From Patescibacteria group bacterium (lineage in GTDB: Bacteria > Patescibacteriota > Minisyncoccia > Phycocordibacterales > PALSA-1337): a stretch of 64,000 nucleotides of DNA. Shown here in pieces: positions 18,328 through 25,274 of the stretch. The notes under the pieces were generated by a model. The model made no database searches. It had not been told where the DNA came from and saw only the letters and a list, made by a program, of their open reading frames with translations. Both the position numbers and the translations under genes were made by a program. The first letter of the stretch is position 1, and the number at the start of each line of letters is the position of its first letter. The stretch is from assembly GCA_038061795.1 (NCBI GenBank), contig JBBTYL010000003.1, forward strand, positions 41-64,040, given 5' to 3'.

Positions 18328-19374
18328 TTATGCCGCTACATTTGATTCTATGATGTCGTACTTGCCATCCTTTGTCTTCCTGAAATATTTCTGGTTTTGG
18401 AGGTTTACCATGATCGTGTTTTCCTTGACGTATCGTTCCTTGAGAACCTTTTCAATGATATCTTCCTTTGCAAGCGGGCCATTTTTCGCAATTATGCTCT
18501 TGATAACATCCTTCACGACCCCCGACATGTAGCCCCATTCTCTGAGAGCGTAAAGTCCTCGTCCTACAAGTACAAAACGCTTATCCTTGATGAGCTCATT
18601 GTGCGTAGTCGCGACATGGGCTTTCTTTTTGAACACCTGAGTAATCTGTTTCGCGACCTCCTTGAAATGGATTGGCGAACCGTGCTTTCTGATAACAAGG
18701 AATGCGTAATCTCGCATGCCCTTTGTCTTCACATTCGGAGAGTGAGCAACGCCCCATTCGCCGATTGCGTTCTTGCCAAGGGATTTTGAAAGTGAGAGCC
18801 AGCGCTTCATGATTTCCTGATTCTTGTACTTTTCAGAAACAAGCTCAAGGTGGCTTAGGAATTTATTTATGATTTCAGATTCCGGCAAAAGATCGTCATC
18901 AGAAAGGCCATCGTAAAGCTTTCGAAGAGAATCCTCAACCTGCTTCGCAAGCTCCTCATTTACATGCCATCGATGCTTGAATTCATCATCCTCCTTTCGC
19001 TTCTTGAAAATGTCCCCGATAACAAGTATGAAATGGATGTTGTTCTGGAGAGACTTATCCTTAGCTACATGGCCAAGAAAATCGTCTTCTACGACGATGC
19101 CTCCGAGGCTGTGAAGCAAATCTTCAAGCTCGCCGAAAGCTGCCTTCTCAGACTTATAGGCATCAGACTTCCTGATGTTAGCAAGCGCATAATTCTCGAT
19201 TTGGCGGACCCTCTCGCGAGTGATGCCGTACAGCTTTCCGATTGCATCAAGCGTCATTTTTTCAGTATCCTTTCCAAGCCCGTATCTCTTGACTAGCACT
19301 TCGCGAGCACGATCAGGCAGAGCTGAGAGGAGGCGTTTCGTTGTCTGTTTTGGTTTGAATTGCACGGTAGCCAT
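18328..19374 (-). CDS. DNA-binding protein with an N-terminal sigma-70 region-4-like HTH and a C-terminal HARE-HTH-like domain
   Basis: LPDRAREVLVKRYGLGKDTEKMTLDAIGKLYGITRERVRQIENYALANIRK looks like region 4.2. The C-terminus HFKEVAKQI...FVLVGRGLYALREWGY resembles the delta-subunit/HARE-HTH fold. Confidence 0.55.
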   Translation of the reverse strand: MATVQFKPKQTTKRLLSALPDRAREVLVKRYGLGKDTEKMTLDAIGKLYGITRERVRQIENYALANIRKSDAYKSEKAAFGELEDLLHSLGGIVVEDDFLGHVAKDKSLQNNIHFILVIGDIFKKRKEDDEFKHRWHVNEELAKQVEDSLRKLYDGLSDDDLLPESEIINKFLSHLELVSEKYKNQEIMKRWLSLSKSLGKNAIGEWGVAHSPNVKTKGMRDYAFLVIRKHGSPIHFKEVAKQITQVFKKKAHVATTHNELIKDKRFVLVGRGLYALREWGYMSGVVKDVIKSIIAKNGPLAKEDIIEKVLKERYVKENTIMVNLQNQKYFRKTKDGKYDIIESNVAA

Positions 19375-19447
19375 ACAATGTTTGTTATTTGTGTATACTG
19401 ATACTACATTACCATTAATATAATGTCAATAGAATGGCCGAATGAAG

Positions 19448-22285
19448 CTATTGCACCACGATATTGATGAGCTTATTTTTGACGACAATCACTTTTTTAA
19501 TGACGGCGCCCTTGGTCCATTTCGCTATTTCAGGCTTATCTAAAGCCATTTTTTGGATAGTAGCATCATCAGTATCAGCTGCGCATTCTAGCGTTCCCCT
19601 CATTTTGCCATTCACTTGAATCGTCATCGTCACGGTTGATTCTGTCAGCTTTTTCGGATCAAATGTTGGCCAGACGCTCGCATGCACTGATGCCTTATTT
19701 CCTAGAATTGCCCAAAGCTCCTCGGCAACATGCGGTGCGAATGGGGCCAGAAGCTGAACAAGTATCTCATAGTGAGCTTTTGAAATTCTTTCTTCTTTCT
19801 CAAGATCATTCACTGCGATCATCATCGCGCTGATTGCAGTATTGAATTTCATATCCTCGATATCCGAAGAGACTTTTTTAATGGTTTTGTGGATGATCGT
19901 CTCGATTCTTTCGTTACCACCCTGTCCAACCTTTTCTTGAAGTTTCCATACGCGCTCAATGAACCTTCGTGACCCAGCAATCGTGTTCGTATCCCACGCA
20001 ATAGCCTGATCGAAAGGGCCCATGAACATCTCGTGGATGCGGAGAGCATCCGCCCCGATAGTCTTTATGATGTTGTCTGGATTGATGACATTGCCTTTCG
20101 ATTTTGACATCTTCTCTCCGCCTTCGGCAAGTATGAGGCCGTGCGAGGTGCGCTTCTTGTATGGCTCGCTTGTCGGAACAAGTCCAAGGTCAAAAAGAAA
20201 TTTGTGCCAAAAGCGAGAATAAAGGAGGTGGAGGGTCGTGTGCTCCATTCCCCCGTTATACCAATCGACAGGAGTCCAGTATTTGAGATTTTTAGGGTCG
20301 GCAAAGGCCTTCCTGTTCTTCGGATCAGCGTAACGGAGATAATACCAGCTTGAACCAGCCCAGTTCGGCATGGTATCGGTCTCCCTCTTTGCGGGACTCT
20401 TGCAGGCTGGACATTTCGTATTGACCCATTTTTCAATCGAGGCGAGCGGACTTTCTCCTGTCTCTGTAGGCGCATAATTCTTCACTTTTGGAAGCTCGAC
20501 TGGCAATTGCTCCTCTGGCACGGGAACTATTCCGCACTTTGCACAATGAACTACTGGTATCGGTTCTCCCCAGTATCTTTGACGGGAGAATATCCAGTCG
20601 CGGAGCTTGAATTTGGTGACCCATTGTCCGCCTGCGAATGCAGTGATTTCTTTTTTAGCTGATTCAGAGTCCTTGCCGTTGAATTGGGCGGAGTTAATCA
20701 TGAGTCCTGGCTCGACTGAAGCCCAGTTATCATTCATCAATCTATGCATCCAAATATCAAGCTCACCACATTGCATGGTATCCTTCCGAATATCCTTTTG
20801 ATCAAGCCACACGAGTTCATGAATTTCATTCTCTTCGGCTGAAATTTCATTGCGTTCTTCGTTTTCCAATTCAAAATACGCAACATTAAAATACGCAATT
20901 CTGTTTACATCCTTGTGGGCAGCGAAAAATTCACTCCTGACTTTTCCGCCGAGCACCTTTATAAATTTAAGATTCTTATAGCCTGTCTCTTCAAGCGCTT
21001 CTCTTTTTGCGGCCTCTACAACATCTTCATTGCCCTCTACTCCACCAACAATAAATGTGGTCCATGGCTGCTTCTTCCACTTCAAACAAAGTATTTTCTG
21101 ATTTTTTGGGTCTCGAATAATTACTTGGACCGCATTCCTTTCTATTACCTCCTTTCCAGGCCTGTGCGGATTCGTCTTATCAGTTCTCAATGGCATCACG
21201 ACATCCTTTACTCCCAACCCGTATTTCTTCGCAAAGTCCCAATCCCTTTCATCATGCGCAGGCACCGCCATCACCGCTCCAGTTCCATAATCGGCAAGCA
21301 CGTAGTCTGCAATCCAAATCGGAACCTCCTCGTTGTTTACAGGATTGATTGCCTTGATGCCTTTGAGTTCGACCCCGGTTTTAGCAGCTTTTGCATTTGT
21401 TCTCTCTTCCTCGTCCTTTTCTCTGACAGCCTTTATGTATTGTGCAACCTCGATCGTATTGTCAGCATGGCTGATGAATTCATCGACAAAGGCATGTTCA
21501 GGGGCGAGAACCACATAAGTGACGCCGAAAAGAGTATCCGGCCGCGTCGTAAACACTTTTATTTTCTTATCGCTGCCCTTGATCGGAAATTCTATTTCCG
21601 CTCCTTCGCTTTTTCCAATCCAATTCCTCTGCTGAATCTTTATCTTTTCAAGGAAATCAGTCTCGTCCAGATCCTTATCGAGCCTGTCTGCATATTTCGT
21701 GATGGCAAGCATCCACTGCTCTTTCTCTTTTTGCTCAACTTTCGTCCCACAACGCTCGCAGCAGCCATCTACGACCTCTTCGTTGGCGAGGCCGATCATG
21801 TCCTTCGGACACCAGTTTATCGTAAGCTTTTTTTTGTATGCCAGGCCTTTTTTCAAGAACTGCAAAAAGATCCACTGCGTCCATCTGTAGTATTTCGGAT
21901 CAGTCGTATTTATTTCCCTGGACCAATCGAAAGAAAATCCGAGGGCCTTGAGCTGGCGTCGGAACGTATCAGTATTGTTCTTTGTCACGATTGAAGGCTG
22001 AATGCCGGTCTTGATAGCATAATTCTCTGTAGGAAGCCCGAAAGCATCCCAGCCGATCGGATAGAGAACGTTATAGCCTTCTCTGCGTCGCTTGCGGGAA
22101 ATGATGTCCATAGCAGTATTGCTGCGGATATGTCCGACATGTAGACCGTCACCGGATGGGTATGGAAATTCGATGAGAGTGAAGAACTTCTTTTTCTTAG
22201 GATCTTCCTTGACTTTGTTCGGCTTCTTGGACTCCCAAGCCTTCTGCCATTTTTTCTCGATCCTGTCGTGGTCGTACGGGTTCAT
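19448..22285 (-). CDS. leuS: Leucine--tRNA ligase with a Nudix domain inserted in the CP1 editing domain
   Basis: HVGH and KMSKS class I motifs. CP1 motifs TTRPDTLFG and GTGAVMAVPAHDERDWDFAKKYGL. A perfect Nudix box GGVEGNEDVVEAAKREALEETGY at residues 414-436. Confidence 0.95.
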   Translation of the reverse strand: MNPYDHDRIEKKWQKAWESKKPNKVKEDPKKKKFFTLIEFPYPSGDGLHVGHIRSNTAMDIISRKRRREGYNVLYPIGWDAFGLPTENYAIKTGIQPSIVTKNNTDTFRRQLKALGFSFDWSREINTTDPKYYRWTQWIFLQFLKKGLAYKKKLTINWCPKDMIGLANEEVVDGCCERCGTKVEQKEKEQWMLAITKYADRLDKDLDETDFLEKIKIQQRNWIGKSEGAEIEFPIKGSDKKIKVFTTRPDTLFGVTYVVLAPEHAFVDEFISHADNTIEVAQYIKAVREKDEEERTNAKAAKTGVELKGIKAINPVNNEEVPIWIADYVLADYGTGAVMAVPAHDERDWDFAKKYGLGVKDVVMPLRTDKTNPHRPGKEVIERNAVQVIIRDPKNQKILCLKWKKQPWTTFIVGGVEGNEDVVEAAKREALEETGYKNLKFIKVLGGKVRSEFFAAHKDVNRIAYFNVAYFELENEERNEISAEENEIHELVWLDQKDIRKDTMQCGELDIWMHRLMNDNWASVEPGLMINSAQFNGKDSESAKKEITAFAGGQWVTKFKLRDWIFSRQRYWGEPIPVVHCAKCGIVPVPEEQLPVELPKVKNYAPTETGESPLASIEKWVNTKCPACKSPAKRETDTMPNWAGSSWYYLRYADPKNRKAFADPKNLKYWTPVDWYNGGMEHTTLHLLYSRFWHKFLFDLGLVPTSEPYKKRTSHGLILAEGGEKMSKSKGNVINPDNIIKTIGADALRIHEMFMGPFDQAIAWDTNTIAGSRRFIERVWKLQEKVGQGGNERIETIIHKTIKKVSSDIEDMKFNTAISAMMIAVNDLEKEERISKAHYEILVQLLAPFAPHVAEELWAILGNKASVHASVWPTFDPKKLTESTVTMTIQVNGKMRGTLECAADTDDATIQKMALDKPEIAKWTKGAVIKKVIVVKNKLINIVVQ

Positions 22286-22304
22286 AAGTAGTGAGTATCA
22301 TATA

Positions 22305-22335
22305 ACAAAAAACCCGCCTCGTGAAGACAGCGGGT
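22305..22335 (-). terminator. Rho-independent terminator between small ORF 22355..22549 and leuS
   Basis: Minus strand ACCCGC-N12-GCGGGU hairpin followed by UUUUUUG. Confidence 0.55.
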
Positions 22336-22354
22336 CTGAAGGAAATCATGGCAA

Positions 22355-22549
22355 CTATGCCTTTTTCCAAAAGAAAATCGAAGCAAAGACTACCAACGCG
22401 CATGCCCAGAGCCAAATCTTGTTACAGGTCCTTCTCTCCACTGTCAGGGTGGTAAGAAAAAGTACTCCCAAAAACACGATCAAGCCCAAGCAGAGGTAGA
22501 ATGCCTTTGTGCTTGTTGTTAACACCGCAAGGAACAGGGGTATATTCAT
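22355..22549 (-). CDS. Small membrane protein (64 aa, two predicted TM helices)
   Basis: Hydrophobic ORF with a TATAAT about 50 nt upstream and terminator 22305..22335 just downstream. Confidence 0.45.
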   Translation of the reverse strand: MNIPLFLAVLTTSTKAFYLCLGLIVFLGVLFLTTLTVERRTCNKIWLWACALVVFASIFFWKKA

Positions 22550-22606
22550 AGAGGGATTGGAGGGATTTTGTTGGTTAAAATTTAACTTACACTATCGGTA
22601 TTATAG

Positions 22607-22645
22607 CACAAAAGCAAAGCCCTGTCCATCGCTGTGGCAGGGCTT
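22607..22645 (-). terminator. Rho-independent terminator after small ORF 22666..22818
   Basis: Minus strand AAGCCCUG-N13-CAGGGCUU 8-bp stem followed by UGCUUUUGUG. Confidence 0.45.
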
Positions 22646-22665
22646 CGTTGAGGACTGTTTCCCGA

Positions 22666-22818
22666 TCAATACGACATTGAGGAGTAAGCGTAAGCAGCCC
22701 AAAACAGGAATGCAATGAGCCCAAGGAGCATGGTTACTCCTATGATAATCATGATTCTCAGTTTTTTGAGCGGTATACTCCCAGTCCGAATCCGGTTAGG
22801 AAGAACGTAGTTTCTCAT
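22666..22818 (-). CDS. Small single-TM protein, 50 aa (MRNYVLPNRIRTGSIPLKKLRIMIIIGVTMLLGLIAFLFWAAYAYSSMSY)
   Basis: Hand-translated ATG..TGA ORF followed 20 nt later by a terminator hairpin. Confidence 0.4.
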   Translation of the reverse strand: MRNYVLPNRIRTGSIPLKKLRIMIIIGVTMLLGLIAFLFWAAYAYSSMSY

Positions 22819-22857
22819 AGCTGCACTAATTTAAGCACTATTTAAAAATAATGCAAA

Positions 22858-23955
22858 TTAGATCTTAAACTCCATAACATCACCGTCCTTCACGATATAC
22901 TCCTTCCCTTCCGTCCTTAGAAGTCCCTTTTCTCGCGCAGCTCCAAATGATCCTGCCTCAATCAATTTATCCCATTCGATAACTTCGGCTCGAATGAATT
23001 TTTCTTCAAAATCTCCATGAATGGCTGTTCCTGCCTTCGGTGCCGTCCAGCCCCGTCCAATAGTCCATGCTCGAGTTTCCTTTTCGCCGGTTGTGAAGTA
23101 AGTAATCAAATTCAAAAGCTCATAGCCCTTTTTAATAAGGTTATCGATGCCGTCATCTTTTGCCCCGAGACCCTCTCGCAACTCTTTTTTATCTTTATCA
23201 TCGATGTCCTTGAGCTCGTGCTCGATACCAGCATCGACAATCACCCATTTCGCCCTGTTTTCATTGAAAAAATTAATAAGTGCCCTGTAGCGGTCGTCAT
23301 TCATCTCATCAAGATTCTTTCCTCCAGCTTTTTTGTTCAGGATATACATGAAGGGTTTTGATGTAAGCAGGTGCAAAGATTTCAAGAAAGGGGCCTCGAA
23401 TTCATCTGGAATAACAGTAGACGCAAGCTTGCCTGCATCGAGAGTAACTTTGATTTTTTCGACAAGGCCATTTTCTATTATTGCTTCTTTTTTACCAGCT
23501 TTAACTTCCTTGTTGAGATTTGCGAAGCGCTTCGTAACTGTCTGGAGATCTGCAAGTATGAGCTCAAGGTTAATAACCTCAATGTCCTTAAGTGGATTTA
23601 TCTTTCCATCAACATGAATGATATTGTCGTCCTCGAAGATTCGTACGACTTCAGCAATTGCATCTGTCTCGCGGATATTGGTAAGGAATTGGTTTCCAAG
23701 ACCTTCCCCATCAGATGCTCCTTTCACAAGTCCTGCGATATCGACGAATTCTACGACTGCTGGGACAGTCTTCTGCGTCTTCGAAAAGTCAGCAAGCTTG
23801 TGGAGACGCTCATCAGGAACGGCCACAACGCCGACCGAAGGATCTATAGTAGCGAATGGATAGTTGGCTACAAGAACGCTTTTTTTAGTAAGAGCGTTAA
23901 ATAGGGTGGACTTGCCGACATTCGGTAGACCCACGATTCCGATGGATAATGACAT
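22858..23955 (-). CDS. ychF: Redox-regulated ribosome-binding ATPase YchF
   Basis: IGIVGLPNVGKSTLFNALT P-loop and a C-terminal TGS-like end (EGKEYIVKDGDVMEFKI). 365 aa. Confidence 0.94.
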   Translation of the reverse strand: MSLSIGIVGLPNVGKSTLFNALTKKSVLVANYPFATIDPSVGVVAVPDERLHKLADFSKTQKTVPAVVEFVDIAGLVKGASDGEGLGNQFLTNIRETDAIAEVVRIFEDDNIIHVDGKINPLKDIEVINLELILADLQTVTKRFANLNKEVKAGKKEAIIENGLVEKIKVTLDAGKLASTVIPDEFEAPFLKSLHLLTSKPFMYILNKKAGGKNLDEMNDDRYRALINFFNENRAKWVIVDAGIEHELKDIDDKDKKELREGLGAKDDGIDNLIKKGYELLNLITYFTTGEKETRAWTIGRGWTAPKAGTAIHGDFEEKFIRAEVIEWDKLIEAGSFGAAREKGLLRTEGKEYIVKDGDVMEFKI

Positions 23956-23962
23956 AGGGATG

Positions 23963-23991
23963 ATTCTATGCTAATCTGTGCAGGAAATCAA
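23963..23991 (-). promoter_or_regulatory. ychF promoter TTGATT-N17-TAGAAT, with the ATG 7 nt after the -10 (leaderless geometry)
   Basis: -35 at 23986..23991, -10 at 23963..23968, ATG at 23955. All read directly. Confidence 0.6.
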
Positions 23992-24024
23992 TTTTTGCTC
24001 CCCTTCCACCCATGCCTTTTACCC

Positions 24025-24147
24025 ATGAGAATCATAGTATTTCTGATCGCGCTTCCTGAGGTGATCTGGTCAGTTCCCTGCCTTGGTCTCTCCTTCACTT
24101 ATTTCAGTCACCATCTTAAGCGGATGGCAGCCAAAAAGAAAAAATAA
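24025..24147 (+). CDS. Possible small membrane peptide, 40 aa (MRIIVFLIALPEVIWSVPCLGLSFTYFSHHLKRMAAKKKK)
   Basis: Hand-translated ORF in an otherwise unassigned 740-nt gap. Hydrophobic core with a lysine tail. An imperfect hairpin follows. Confidence 0.22.
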   Translation: MRIIVFLIALPEVIWSVPCLGLSFTYFSHHLKRMAAKKKK

Positions 24148-24205
24148 TTAGAATCAATTTCCAGAAGAGCGGCCGTCGGTCGTTCTTTCTTTTGGCTATC
24201 TCATT

Positions 24206-24230
24206 CTAAATGCAAGTCACTTGCATTTAG
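24206..24230. repeat. Perfect 12-1-12 palindrome CTAAATGCAAGT-C-ACTTGCATTTAG (copy 1)
   Basis: Read directly. Operator-like or hairpin-forming. Confidence 0.7.
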
Positions 24231-24259
24231 GTCACACAGAAATATGGATATATCTAAAT

Positions 24260-24284
24260 CTAGATGCAACTGACTTGCATTTAG
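24260..24284. repeat. Degenerate copy (22/25 identical) of the 24206 palindrome
   Basis: CTAGATGCAACTGACTTGCATTTAG, 54 nt downstream of copy 1. 10 of 12 arm positions pair. Confidence 0.65.
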
Positions 24285-24391
24285 CAAAAAGTGACTAAAT
24301 AAAGATCTGAACTCTATGACACCACCATCTTCAAAATTTGACTAAAGTTAATAATAATGATACTGTTAAATTCAGAAAGGTGGTGAATTAT

Positions 24392-24538
24392 ATGGGCAAT
24401 GGAGCCTATTGGTGGGTAGCTCTGGATAATGCCAGACACCCCGAGAGATACAGTGACCCGATCTATCAAGCTCTTCTGGTGATTGCATTCATTTGCTTTG
24501 TCGTCGGTTGTATCAAGCTCAAGAAATCGGAATCCTGA
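24392..24538 (+). CDS. Small membrane protein, 48 aa (MGNGAYWWVALDNARHPERYSDPIYQALLVIAFICFVVGCIKLKKSES)
   Basis: ATG preceded by AAAGGTGGTGA (strong SD, 6-nt spacing). C-terminal TM. A weak hairpin at 24546..24574 follows. The ORF track starts it at 24338. Confidence 0.4.
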   Translation: MGNGAYWWVALDNARHPERYSDPIYQALLVIAFICFVVGCIKLKKSES

Positions 24539-24634
24539 ATCTTTCAAGACCCTGCGATAGCATCAAGGGGTCTTATCATTTACCTAAATCTTAAACTCTA
24601 TCGCACCACCATCCTTCTTATATTTAAAAGTAAG

Positions 24635-24665
24635 GTGCCCCGTTGACTCTTCATCAACAGGGCAC
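24635..24665 (-). terminator. Hairpin downstream of gene 24696..24992 (12-bp stem, 1 mismatch)
   Basis: GUGCCCUGUUGA-N7-UCAACGGGGCAC on the minus strand, followed by CUUACUUUUAAAU. Confidence 0.4.
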
Positions 24666-24695
24666 GTGTGGTACTACGTCCAATGGGACGTAAAA

Positions 24696-24992
24696 TCAAA
24701 TATTTTGGGTGGGATCCAACCAGTCGTAAGGAACGCCGAGGTGCCTCCAACGGGAGGGGACGATCAGTAGGGGTGTCTCGACTAATCCATCAGTGTAAAA
24801 GCTGAGAAACTCGCAATCACGCTGCGGAATAATCATGAGCTGCCCTGAATCCGAAATGCGGTCAGGAAATTGGCTGGCGATCATTGCATCTTTCACCGGG
24901 CACCAATCGTACTCATTTTTTGCGAATCGTTTGATTGAAATCGCTAAATAGAGTCCTGCGCAAAGCAATAAAGCAAAGAACATGGTTATCAT
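24696..24992 (-). CDS. Hypothetical membrane-anchored protein (98 aa)
   Basis: N-terminal TM MITMFFALLLCAGLYLAISI. -10-like TAGAGT (25000..25005) exactly 7 nt upstream of the ATG. Confidence 0.5.
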   Translation of the reverse strand: MITMFFALLLCAGLYLAISIKRFAKNEYDWCPVKDAMIASQFPDRISDSGQLMIIPQRDCEFLSFYTDGLVETPLLIVPSRWRHLGVPYDWLDPTQNI

Positions 24993-25036
24993 AAGCTGTA
25001 CTCTATGCTACACCTCTTTATTTTATGAGTAAAGTC

Positions 25037-25264
25037 CTATTTCCCCATCACTTTCTTAAGTTCATCTTGATGCTTGAGCATCACGGCATTCATTGCGTCT
25101 TGCTGCGCCATTCCTCCCTTGATCTTTTCCTGCGCTTCCTCAGCAATTTTCATAAAGAAATCTGGATTCTTTTCTATCATTGCAAAAATCTGATCCTGTT
25201 GCTCTTGCGGAACATTCTTCATTTGCTTCTTCAGCATCGTTTTAAGTAAAAAGTTTTGAAACAT
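25037..25264 (-). CDS. Hypothetical Met/Gln/Lys-rich small protein (75 aa)
   Basis: ORF immediately downstream of zwf. Start moved to the internal MFQNFLL so that it no longer overlaps zwf by 77 nt. Confidence 0.4.
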   Translation of the reverse strand: MFQNFLLKTMLKKQMKNVPQEQQDQIFAMIEKNPDFFMKIAEEAQEKIKGGMAQQDAMNAVMLKHQDELKKVMGK

Positions 25265-25274
25265 AGCCAAAAGA

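Noticed and set aside
20915-21994. 359-aa plus-strand ORF
   Set aside because: It is antisense to leuS, whose frame carries unmistakable LeuRS and Nudix motifs. The composition is that of a shadow frame.
24206-24284. CRISPR array
   Set aside because: There are only two copies. The units are themselves long perfect palindromes, the spacing is a single 29-nt gap, and no cas genes are present. This is not CRISPR-like.
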